This document shows, piece by piece, positions 9,409 to 18,178 of a DNA stretch of 64,000 bases. Source of the stretch: Bacillales bacterium UBA4694 (GTDB lineage: Bacteria > Bacillota_I > Bacilli_A > RFN20 > CAG-288); contig DHKM01000035.1 of assembly GCA_002404835.1 (NCBI GenBank), forward strand, positions 96,921 to 160,920. Reading direction: 5' to 3'. Below the pieces are notes generated by a model. The model saw only the letters and a program-made list of their open reading frames with translations. It ran no database searches and was not told the DNA's origin. How positions within the stretch are numbered: position 1 is the first letter of the stretch; each line of letters begins with the position of its first letter. The position numbers were made by a program, and so were the translations under genes.

Positions 9409-9815
9409 TATTCGCTGTAGTCATTAAGCACTCTTCGGAATTCTCTTTCTGGACTGTCTCCATCTAGATTCCAGGCATAGGGTTTGAATTCACAGGAGAA
9501 GATTTCTTCGTATAGTCCCTGGATTTTCTCTTCGAACAGGTCTTCAGGGGTTCCGTCTTTTTCATGGTAGAGAAAAACAGGCATGACTTTTAGGTGATGG
9601 ATGGAGGATTCCATATACTGGTTTTTCAACCAAGGATTGAATTTAAGTATATTTTCCTTGTTCGAATAGAGCGTTAGAGCCAGGAGGATAACGTGTTCTT
9701 TTTGGATGCTTTCTTCAATCGGTATCATCCGATATCCGAGCTTTTCAAGGGCAAGAATAAGGTTCTTGGCTTCTTGCTCTTCCAAAGAGGTGAAGGAAAT
9801 CGAGAGTTCTTTCAT
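9408..9815 (-). CDS. Hypothetical 135-aa protein translationally coupled to hypB
   Basis: ATGA start/stop overlap with hypB (9812-9815). No CxxC pairs, so it is not HypA. The beta-alpha-beta-like N-terminus (SISFTSLEEQEAKNLILALEKLGYRMIP) gives a weak flavodoxin/TIR-like impression only. Confidence 0.6.
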   Translation of the reverse strand: MKELSISFTSLEEQEAKNLILALEKLGYRMIPIEESIQKEHVILLALTLYSNKENILKFNPWLKNQYMESSIHHLKVMPVFLYHEKDGTPEDLFEEKIQGLYEEIFSCEFKPYAWNLDGDSPEREFRRVLNDYSE

Positions 9816-10483
9816 TTTTGGTATTCTTTGACGGTTTCGATAAGATAGTCTTCCAGCTTATCGATGCCTTCGCCTGTTTTTGCAGAAAGGGGAAAGAATT
9901 TTGCATTTGGATTCAATTTCAAGATCCGTTCCTTGGCTTTGGAGACATCGAAATCAAAGACAATCTTGGTATCCATCTTTGTAAAGACGAAGATGTCCCC
10001 TTTTTCGAACATAAGAGGATATTTGAGAGGCTTGTCATCGCCTTCTGGAACGGAAAGGATGACTAGTTTTAGATTTGCTCCAGTATCGAATTCGGCCGGG
10101 CAAACCAAATTTCCGATATTCTCCAAAAAAACGAGATCAAGATTGTCTTCGCCAAGAAAATCCATGGCTTCGTCGACCATTTTGGCATCTAGATGGCATT
10201 CCCCCGATGTATGTAGCTGGATGGTTTTCACTCCGGTTTTCTCTTTGATGGTATTTGCGTCGACGATGGCATCCATATCGGCTTCGATTACTCCGATTCT
10301 AAGTTTGTCCTTGAGGCAGTTGATGAGGTTAACAAGAAGAGTTGTCTTTCCTGATCCTGGACTGGACATGATGTTGACTAAGAAGACCCTCTTCTCTTTG
10401 AGCTTTTCACGGAGTTTGTTTGCTCGTTGATCATTGTTGGCAAAGACGGATTGTTTTACTTTGATAATTCTGGTTTTGTCCAT
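9812..10483 (-). CDS. hypB: Nickel-incorporation GTPase HypB (G3E family)
   Basis: 223 aa. Contains P-loop SSPGSGKTTLL, GECHLDA and ENIGNLVCPAEFDTGA, the characteristic HypB motifs. Confidence 0.9.
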   Translation of the reverse strand: MDKTRIIKVKQSVFANNDQRANKLREKLKEKRVFLVNIMSSPGSGKTTLLVNLINCLKDKLRIGVIEADMDAIVDANTIKEKTGVKTIQLHTSGECHLDAKMVDEAMDFLGEDNLDLVFLENIGNLVCPAEFDTGANLKLVILSVPEGDDKPLKYPLMFEKGDIFVFTKMDTKIVFDFDVSKAKERILKLNPNAKFFPLSAKTGEGIDKLEDYLIETVKEYQK

Positions 10484-10513
10484 TTTTTTGTTCCTCGTTG
10501 TTCTTATTGTACT

Positions 10514-12193
10514 TTAAAACGAAGTTAAAGTGTTATCATTCGGCTGATTTACCAAGCAGTCTAAGTAATCGATCTTGACGCTATTGAATCCCGTATAACT
10601 GTATTTTTGATTGTAATATTGTGTGGATGAATCATCGCTTACTGTAAAGATTCCACCTAACAAGACTTCAGAATTCGAGGTATTTTTTGAATCGTAACTT
10701 ATGGTAAGGAGGATACCGGCAGAGGTCAGTCCTCCTAAAGAGAGAATAGACTGGAATAGCTGTGTGGTTAGATATTTTGCAAGTGGACCATCATTGTAGA
10801 ACATGGATGTCTTTTTTGCTTCGTCATCACCAGTATTTAGGACGAAACGGAACATTTCATTTTGGAGATAATCGAAAATCAATGTGATGTTTTCGTAAGA
10901 ATCATAATAATGGTCGTAAGTTCTACCTTCATCAATATATTTATCTTTTACAATGACTTCCATATTTCCGTCTTCTTTATTTACTTCGAAATTGTAAACA
11001 CCATCATAGGAATTGTTATGAAGTTCTATCAGTCCATGACGTGTAACGGAAAAAGTTTCATCATCCTTGTTTTCTTCTATGTATTCATCGGAATAATCGA
11101 AATAAATGTAATTTTTCGTATAATAGCATTTTCCTATCGGAATTTTTGTGCCATCCCTTTTGGTAAAAGTTCCCAAATCCCGGTAATAGTTGTGGTTCTT
11201 ACTTAACTTGTAGATATTTTCAATGGCAGGAAGTAGTTCAGGTTTTTGTATATGATTGGTCTTTAGGTATTCTTCCAGCCTTGTATCGTTCTTTGTGTCA
11301 TTTTTCCTGAATGTAAGAAAAGCATAATCGGAATCATTGAAATAAAGCGAAACTTTGAATTCTGTTGGGGATATGACTTCAAAATCTCCTCTGGTGGTAC
11401 TTTTCAGCACATTCTGGATTTCTTCTGTTGTGAAGGATTCAAACTGGGCGACCTGAAGGAAAAAAGACTGGATCAAAGTCGAGTTGTTCTCGATAGGATA
11501 GAAATTATCTTCGGATAATGTCTTTGGAAAAGAAAAGCCGGAAAGGTTGGCTAAGGTGATGAACATGCTCTGATAATTTTCATAATAATTTCTTAAAAGC
11601 ACAGGATTTTGAATCTGATCATTCACAATTTCATAGGTGAAAACTCCATCATCGGAATTGCCAAAGCCATGACTTTCCGTATCGTTTTTATAGATGATAC
11701 TATCCTGATAATATTGGATATAGGATGTGACATTGTTCAAAGACTGTATGTTCCAGTCTGTTTGGATGGTATATGTTTTTTCGCGGATGAAATTTTTGAT
11801 AACATTGTCAGGTACCATGGATTCAGTGACTTCGATTTCCTTGGTTGCTTTTACGGAATTGTCTTTTTTATATTTGGCCGTTACTATTGCTTTTCCCAAC
11901 GCGATTCCTTTGACAATACCAGTTGAAGAAATTGTGAGGATGGATTTATCCGAAGAAGTGAATTCAACCATGGAAGAATCGAGTTTCTCTCCATCCAGCA
12001 AAACAGAAAATGTAAAATATTCCCCTTTGCCGATGTTGTCTCGTCCTTCCAGGGCAAGTTTCTTTTTTATTGTTTCCGTTTGAGAATTTTGGGAACTCGT
12101 ATTTGTTTTTTTGTTAGATGCAGTGCTGTTTTTTCCACAGGAACTAAGCAAAATAGCCAAGGAAAGAAGAATTCCCTGTTTAAAGTGCTTCAT
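10514..12193 (-). CDS. Surface lipoprotein with an N-terminal Big_2 (bacterial Ig-like) domain
   Basis: Signal peptide plus lipobox (LAILLSSC). Big_2-like FTSSDKSILTISSTGIVKGIALGKAIVTAKY. 559 aa, Tyr/Asn-rich. Overlaps the upstream gene by 14 nt. Confidence 0.8.
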   Translation of the reverse strand: MKHFKQGILLSLAILLSSCGKNSTASNKKTNTSSQNSQTETIKKKLALEGRDNIGKGEYFTFSVLLDGEKLDSSMVEFTSSDKSILTISSTGIVKGIALGKAIVTAKYKKDNSVKATKEIEVTESMVPDNVIKNFIREKTYTIQTDWNIQSLNNVTSYIQYYQDSIIYKNDTESHGFGNSDDGVFTYEIVNDQIQNPVLLRNYYENYQSMFITLANLSGFSFPKTLSEDNFYPIENNSTLIQSFFLQVAQFESFTTEEIQNVLKSTTRGDFEVISPTEFKVSLYFNDSDYAFLTFRKNDTKNDTRLEEYLKTNHIQKPELLPAIENIYKLSKNHNYYRDLGTFTKRDGTKIPIGKCYYTKNYIYFDYSDEYIEENKDDETFSVTRHGLIELHNNSYDGVYNFEVNKEDGNMEVIVKDKYIDEGRTYDHYYDSYENITLIFDYLQNEMFRFVLNTGDDEAKKTSMFYNDGPLAKYLTTQLFQSILSLGGLTSAGILLTISYDSKNTSNSEVLLGGIFTVSDDSSTQYYNQKYSYTGFNSVKIDYLDCLVNQPNDNTLTSF

Positions 12194-13871
12194 ATTGGCT
12201 CCTTGTTATAGAATAACTGACGGTGGAACGGCTGTCGTCGTAATGGAACATGGTGTCTTTGCCATAGGCATTTTCAAACTTGTCTGCCTCAAAACAGATA
12301 TGGATTTGTTTGGCTTCTTTTGTGGTAGAACAGAAAGCCATGGTTCCGATACTCTTTATGGATTTCGGAAGATAGACTTTGCTGAGATTGACGAATTCAG
12401 CAAAAGCATATTCCCCAATCGTTTCGATTCCGTCGTTGAAACTGATTGGTGATATTTTTGGGCAGCTTTCGAAGGCATGATTACCGACTTCTTTTAAAGA
12501 TGACGGGAATTTTACAATTGTTAGCCCAGAGCATGAATAGAAGGCACTTTCTTGAATCTTTACCAAAGACGAAGTGGAAAAGTCCATCTCTTTTAGTCCA
12601 TAACAATTGATAAAGGCACGGCTTTCGATTTCTTTTAAACTGGATGGAATATTTACGCTTGTCAAAGACTGACAGTTACTGAAACAAGCTTCTTGGATCT
12701 TCTCAAGTCCATTTGGTAGGACAAGGGAAGTAAAAGCACGGCAGTTATCAAAGGCTCTGCTTCCTATTTCGGTAACAGTCGATGGGATATTGATTTTTGT
12801 AAGGCTAAGACAGCCTCGATAGGCATTGGAACCTATTTTTGTAAGATTGGAAGGAAGTGCCGAGACCGTGGTCAACTTGGAACAATTTTCATACGTAGAG
12901 TCCGGTAGAATTTCATAATCGAAATTCAGTTTAGCTAAAACTAGATTTTTGTCGTTCTTCAAAACACCTTTTCCAAATTCTTGGATGGATGACGGGAGAG
13001 TGATTGATGTCAGGCCTTCGTTTTCGCTTAGAGAAAGATCCTTGAGTATTTTTAAATTATTGGCTTTATTCAAATTGAGGGTTGTCATATTCTTCAATGC
13101 GGCTAGACCACGATATCCGATTTCTTTAAGGGAAGAAGGAAGAGAGACACTTTGGAGAGACATATTACCATAAATGGCATAGTCTCCTAGTATCTCTACT
13201 CCATTTGGAATATCAAATGTCGTGTTTGTTAAGGCAGTGGGATAGTAAAGGAGTTTTTTTCCGTCTTTTGTGTAAAGGATACTATGATCGACTTTGAAAT
13301 AATTGCTATCTTTTTCCAGTTTGAATCTTTCTAGACTAGTACAAAGATGGAAAGCATCGCTTCCGATTGTCTTCAAAGTTGATGGGATGACAATTGTTTT
13401 TAAACTCGGACAATCATCGAAAGCAGATTCTTGTATTTCTTCTAATCCCTCTGGAAGATCAAGCTCTGTTAATTCGCTGTCAACTATCATTCCACGAAAA
13501 GCATTCTTCTGGATGACTCTCAGTGATATTGGAAGAGTGAGCTTGTCGATTTGGAGATCTTGGAAGACACTTTCTTTGATTTCTCTTACTGGAAGCCCAT
13601 TATATAGTTCCGGTATTACGATTTCTGTGTCTGGACTTAAATATTGGCTTACAATATAGCCGTCTTTGCTTTTATTCAATTCAAATTCTAAGCCGTCTGT
13701 ATAATACGTTTTGGAGTAATGATCACTAGTTTTGCTTGGTGTGGTTTTCTGACTGGTTTTGCTTGTCTGGGAAGTATTCTGTGAGGGAGAGGAAATGGGA
13801 TTTTTCTGACATCCAGTCAGTGAAATGGTAGCTAGTACTACTACGAATAATAGTTTATTTGCTTTTTTCAT
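12180..13871 (-). CDS. Surface lipoprotein with BspA-type leucine-rich repeats (LRR_5)
   Basis: Lipobox ISLTGC. About 10 repeats of the IPSS(L/V)xxIGxxAFxxCxxLTS(V/I) type, e.g. INIPSTVTEIGSRAFDNCRAFTSLVLP. Confidence 0.85.
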   Translation of the reverse strand: MKKANKLLFVVVLATISLTGCQKNPISSPSQNTSQTSKTSQKTTPSKTSDHYSKTYYTDGLEFELNKSKDGYIVSQYLSPDTEIVIPELYNGLPVREIKESVFQDLQIDKLTLPISLRVIQKNAFRGMIVDSELTELDLPEGLEEIQESAFDDCPSLKTIVIPSTLKTIGSDAFHLCTSLERFKLEKDSNYFKVDHSILYTKDGKKLLYYPTALTNTTFDIPNGVEILGDYAIYGNMSLQSVSLPSSLKEIGYRGLAALKNMTTLNLNKANNLKILKDLSLSENEGLTSITLPSSIQEFGKGVLKNDKNLVLAKLNFDYEILPDSTYENCSKLTTVSALPSNLTKIGSNAYRGCLSLTKINIPSTVTEIGSRAFDNCRAFTSLVLPNGLEKIQEACFSNCQSLTSVNIPSSLKEIESRAFINCYGLKEMDFSTSSLVKIQESAFYSCSGLTIVKFPSSLKEVGNHAFESCPKISPISFNDGIETIGEYAFAEFVNLSKVYLPKSIKSIGTMAFCSTTKEAKQIHICFEADKFENAYGKDTMFHYDDSRSTVSYSITRSQYEAL

Positions 13872-15337
13872 TTTGTTTCTCCAAGTTGGTAGTTCAAAAG
13901 ATAATCTGGAATGGTTGTTTTTGATAAGTCTTTATAGGTTATTGTTCTTACAAGTTTTGTCTTAGTGGATTCTCCCACGGTAACGTTTCCTTCCATTGTA
14001 ATCTTGGATATATTTTCTTTTGAACTGTCAAGATATACTTTAAGTTCATATCCCGAACTTTGCTCAAATATAGGAACCAAAGCACCGATACAATATTCAT
14101 AGGTGGAAAGATAAGTGGTGAAATATCCATCTTCCTCTTTGAAGCAGTCAGGAGAAAGATAGGAAAAATAAGGAAGAAGGTCGATAAAATGATAAGTATC
14201 GTCTTCTGCCCCTAAGTAAGAATTGAGTTCTTTGGACTGAAGAACGCTGTGCGGTTCCATTGCATCGAAAGAGATAACATAAGGTTTCTTGCCTTCCGAC
14301 GTCATTAGATTTTTATAGCAAAGGTAATAATCGTATTCTTTAGTTGTTGTTTCTCCGCTTTCGTCCTTCAGGGTGAATTCCCTGGACCTCTTTGCATTGC
14401 AGAAGATGTTATTGTTATCTATACGATATTGATAGGATTCGTCTTCGTTTGGCGCAGACAGATAATGGTCATTGAATTCGATGGTATAGTTTGATGCATT
14501 TTTGATTTTGTCTAAAGCGGATTTAAGATAGGCATGGTTTTCGCTATGAGCATATGGCTTTATGGTTCTAGGGGTCGTGGAGCCGATATTATAGGCATCT
14601 AGTTCAAAAAGAAATTGATAGGCGCTTTGATAATCGTCGTCATCGTTAGATGCGTCAAGTTGAATTCTAAAACGATCTATTTGATCGCCGTCATAATGGA
14701 ATGCCAATTGTGTGACAACCAACGTCATCCCACCTTCTAATGGTTTTGTAACTTCATACCCAGTGAGGAAATAAGCCAGGTTCTTTTTGTCGGTATTATT
14801 CACGAATTCATACCAGTCCGGCATTTTCCGGATACCTTTTATGTTCTTCACTTCCAAGTCTTGGAATGGATTCTTCATCTTCTCACTGTATAGGTCATTG
14901 CTTGGAATGTCTAATACTTCATTGGTTAGGAGATTTAATTCATGGGAATGGAATTTCCCGTCTTTTCCCTGATAAAAAGATTCGCTTGTCAAAAGATCAT
15001 CGGTCGTTTGATCTGATTCTTCGTAATAATAGGAACTTTGGTTTACTTCAAGAAGGCAGTTGTTTGTTTCTTGATTTTCGCTGGAAGACCCTTGAGAAGA
15101 ATAACTGGATGTAGATATGACTGTACCCTTTAAGGTAAAACTAGTCGTAAAGGCTTCAAGTCCTTCTTTTAATTTTGTATAGGTCCCTTTGGTGGATACG
15201 ATACTAGGTTGCTGTTGTTGGCTGTTCGAAGTTTTTTCACTCGGATTCGAAGGGGATGATGGTGCACTTTGGCTTGGTGAGCAAGACGCTAACAAGGCCA
15301 AAGATAACGATAAGATAAAGCTAGTTTTGTGATTCAT
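13868..15337 (-). CDS. Lipoprotein, function unknown (distant paralogue of 10514..12193?)
   Basis: Lipobox LALLASC followed by a Ser/Pro/Gln-rich linker. 489 aa, Tyr/Asp-rich. ATGA-type 4-nt overlap with the next gene. Confidence 0.75.
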   Translation of the reverse strand: MNHKTSFILSLSLALLASCSPSQSAPSSPSNPSEKTSNSQQQQPSIVSTKGTYTKLKEGLEAFTTSFTLKGTVISTSSYSSQGSSSENQETNNCLLEVNQSSYYYEESDQTTDDLLTSESFYQGKDGKFHSHELNLLTNEVLDIPSNDLYSEKMKNPFQDLEVKNIKGIRKMPDWYEFVNNTDKKNLAYFLTGYEVTKPLEGGMTLVVTQLAFHYDGDQIDRFRIQLDASNDDDDYQSAYQFLFELDAYNIGSTTPRTIKPYAHSENHAYLKSALDKIKNASNYTIEFNDHYLSAPNEDESYQYRIDNNNIFCNAKRSREFTLKDESGETTTKEYDYYLCYKNLMTSEGKKPYVISFDAMEPHSVLQSKELNSYLGAEDDTYHFIDLLPYFSYLSPDCFKEEDGYFTTYLSTYEYCIGALVPIFEQSSGYELKVYLDSSKENISKITMEGNVTVGESTKTKLVRTITYKDLSKTTIPDYLLNYQLGETK

Positions 15338-15473
15338 TATTTTTCCTCATTGAACAATATGTTTATTTTACAATTTTTCAGTATTTAAAAATACATTTTT
15401 GTTTATTATTTTTCTTTTGGTTCGAATTTGTATGAATTTTCTATAGTATAATAAAAAGGACTGGAGAGTATAT

Positions 15474-18143
15474 ATGAAAAAAATCGTTGCGTTGATGATG
15501 CTTCCATTTGTTTTATGTAGTTCTTGTATGGCCCATTCTGATGATTCAAATTTTAGCAAACAATCCTACCATTCAAGTCAGGTCTCTAAAGACTTTTTAC
15601 TTTTTGTCAATCAAAATAATATTGGAAAATTTTCTGTTAATAATGGCGTTTTTTCTATAGATAACATTCTTCTAGAAAAAGGAGATGTTGTAAGTATTAA
15701 AAATAACGGAATTAATTATTTTTCTGCTGATTCGTATTCTAAGTCCTCTTACTTCATTAAAAAGCAAAATGCTGTAGAAATGTCTATAGAAGGCATATAT
15801 CGGATAACAATTGAAAATGATTCGGTGATTTTTACCCGTATATCCTCTATTTATCAGTCGTTTACGATTAAGTTTTCAGATGGAAGTGAGAAAAGTGGTA
15901 ACAAGATTGACGATTTTTCTTTCCAGATTTTATCTGTTCATATTTCCTTCCGACAAACCTTTTCTTTATATTTGAATCAAAAAAAGGTTACTGATGCAGA
16001 TATAGATTTAAAGGAACTGGAAAATTGTATTTCTATTTCCTCGGATGGTATGTTTTCTCCTCTACAATCAGGTGACTTCTCATTCTTCTATGACGCCAGA
16101 AAGGAAAAGTGCGTTTATCTTACTTCGGACTCTCTTTGTCCGCCTGCTTCTTTATTGACGAATAAAGAAGATTATCGACAACTTGTTTCTTCTTTTTCGG
16201 ATTCCAAGAATGATATCGTATCTATTGAATCAAAAAGTCTTGTAGAAGATAAAATCAACAAGACCAAAGAAGAAAAAGAAATTCGTCAGGAAAGTTATAT
16301 CAATGAATCGTCTTATTCTGTTTCTACAAGGCAGAATCCTATCGGGAACGACTTTCTCAGTACTACTATCGTTCGATGTTTCGATAGCGATAATTATTAT
16401 AGTTTAGAACAAGATGATGATACGGTTTCACTTCTAGACGCAAAAGTCATTTCTCAACCGATTAGAGAATATCCAAATGGATATGCTTCTATTGTTGATG
16501 ATGTGATTAGTCTACAGGAAGCAAAAAAACAGGTATCTTCTTTTTCACCTGAATTTGATACTTTGTCTTCCATTCTTTCTTCTCTTTTGGTTTCCAAGCA
16601 TATTTCTTCTTCTAATCCGATGACAGAGGAAGAGACAAAAATGTTTGAATCATCTTTTTTTCTTTCATCTCAGTATGTTGGTGAAAATGGCTCTTCTCAA
16701 AAAATCCAGGCTTTTGTTTTTGAAAAATCCAAAGGATTGACGACATCAAGTGCTGTGAAAGATGAAGTGTCTCTCCTTCTTTCCGAAGATGGTACTTTGA
16801 TTTCCGGAGATTATTGTCTTACCTATTATCAGGACAGTCCATCTCTTCTTCTTGAAGATTATTCTTTGTCCAGTTCAGCGAAAATCAGCAAAATTGAGTC
16901 CGGAAGTTTTTCTGTTACCTATGGGACAAGAACTCAGACACAGAATTTTAAGTTGAATCCGAAGGATTATGTTGCTACTGTATCTTCTTTGACTTTTGCG
17001 GAAGATATTTCACTTAAAGCTGGTGGCGAACTTTTTGATATACAGAATAGTATCTTTCTTTCTTCCGGTTCTTTTATCAACAAGGGGGATTTCCGTGTCA
17101 TGGCTTATGATCCGGAATTTTTCTATCCTGGTGTTGGAAATGACAAATATCTTTATACAAGAAACAAAGGCGGAAAAACTAAAATTTATGTCGGAACGAA
17201 ATATGATCCGGATATTATGGAACTTGATGTCGAGATACTGCTGAATGATGCAACCTCCGTTTCTTTAAAGGGACAGGATGGGAGAACTGATTTTTCGGAT
17301 GTAAGCTTTGAGATATCCACTGAATACAAGATCGAAGCGAGTGCCTTTTCCGGTCAGAATCCATGTTTTTCCGTGTCAAGCAATCACGACGATATTGTCA
17401 AGGTTAAGGAATGCTCTTCCAGAGATGAGTCTTTGGAAAACCAAAAAACTACTTTTACTTTGAGTTTCCTTAAGGAGGGAACAGCTAGTGTTACCGTCCA
17501 GAGTTTGTCAAATGCCAATGTTAAAAAGGTAATGAATATTACGGTAACAAAGCCGGTTTCTTTGGAAAAATACAAGGGAACCTATTACAGTAGTTCTTAT
17601 GGTACTCTTAAGATTTCCGAGGATGGAAATGCTATCTATATCAAAGACGGAAAGACTTACGGACTTCGCCTATCTCTTGTCAAGGATATGTTGGTTTTAG
17701 TCTCATCGGATGAGATCACGACTTTCGAAGCCAGTATTTCTATCTATAATGAAAAATTATCACTTCCCAAATTTTTGGTAAAATTAAAGACGAAGGATGG
17801 GAAGATTGATTTCTCCTATGTTTCCTTCTATCAGGGATTTCCATTGTTCGAAAATGAATGTCTTAAGAGTGGTGAAGCTACCTTGATGATTCAGAACTAT
17901 AAGGTCAGTTATTCTACCAGCAAGTTCCATGGAATATTGAAAGATGATGGCCATACGTTGGAATTTGATTTCAACATGGATTCTACAAGTAGCTGCTATA
18001 TGGATGATTCTTATGTCTTGGACGGAAACGAAGAATCCTACCAACTGAAAATTTCTTCTTATGAAGTAAAGCCGGAATTTATTTCTCTTTCCTTTTCCGG
18101 AAGTGGATACTTTGCTGAGAAGTCTTATTCCTTTGGTAAATGA
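15474..18143 (+). CDS. Large lipoprotein (889 aa) with a C-proximal Big_2-like domain
   Basis: MKKIVALMMLPFVLCSSC signal/lipobox with GGAGAG upstream. Ser-rich. An Ig-like segment reads ...DDIVKVKE...GTASVTVQSLSNANVKKVMNITV. Transcribed divergently from the three-lipoprotein operon. Confidence 0.8.
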   Translation: MKKIVALMMLPFVLCSSCMAHSDDSNFSKQSYHSSQVSKDFLLFVNQNNIGKFSVNNGVFSIDNILLEKGDVVSIKNNGINYFSADSYSKSSYFIKKQNAVEMSIEGIYRITIENDSVIFTRISSIYQSFTIKFSDGSEKSGNKIDDFSFQILSVHISFRQTFSLYLNQKKVTDADIDLKELENCISISSDGMFSPLQSGDFSFFYDARKEKCVYLTSDSLCPPASLLTNKEDYRQLVSSFSDSKNDIVSIESKSLVEDKINKTKEEKEIRQESYINESSYSVSTRQNPIGNDFLSTTIVRCFDSDNYYSLEQDDDTVSLLDAKVISQPIREYPNGYASIVDDVISLQEAKKQVSSFSPEFDTLSSILSSLLVSKHISSSNPMTEEETKMFESSFFLSSQYVGENGSSQKIQAFVFEKSKGLTTSSAVKDEVSLLLSEDGTLISGDYCLTYYQDSPSLLLEDYSLSSSAKISKIESGSFSVTYGTRTQTQNFKLNPKDYVATVSSLTFAEDISLKAGGELFDIQNSIFLSSGSFINKGDFRVMAYDPEFFYPGVGNDKYLYTRNKGGKTKIYVGTKYDPDIMELDVEILLNDATSVSLKGQDGRTDFSDVSFEISTEYKIEASAFSGQNPCFSVSSNHDDIVKVKECSSRDESLENQKTTFTLSFLKEGTASVTVQSLSNANVKKVMNITVTKPVSLEKYKGTYYSSSYGTLKISEDGNAIYIKDGKTYGLRLSLVKDMLVLVSSDEITTFEASISIYNEKLSLPKFLVKLKTKDGKIDFSYVSFYQGFPLFENECLKSGEATLMIQNYKVSYSTSKFHGILKDDGHTLEFDFNMDSTSSCYMDDSYVLDGNEESYQLKISSYEVKPEFISLSFSGSGYFAEKSYSFGK

Positions 18144-18151
18144 TTCAAACA

Positions 18152-18178
18152 AAAAAACGGGTTTTGGCCCGTTTTATT
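18152..18178. terminator. Bidirectional terminator between convergent genes
   Basis: AAAACGGG (18154-18161) / CCCGTTTT (18168-18175), flanked by an A-run and a T-run. It lies between the 889-aa lipoprotein gene and the MATE gene. Confidence 0.6.

Noticed and set aside
9408-9815. The 135-aa gene after hypB as hypA
   Set aside because: HypA has an N-terminal MHE motif and two CxxC zinc-binding pairs. This protein has one Cys and neither feature.
15368-15559. Track ORF 15368..15559 (-, 63 aa) in the divergent lipoprotein promoter region
   Set aside because: It overlaps the start of the 889-aa lipoprotein gene on the opposite strand. The sequence is AT-rich with no SD.
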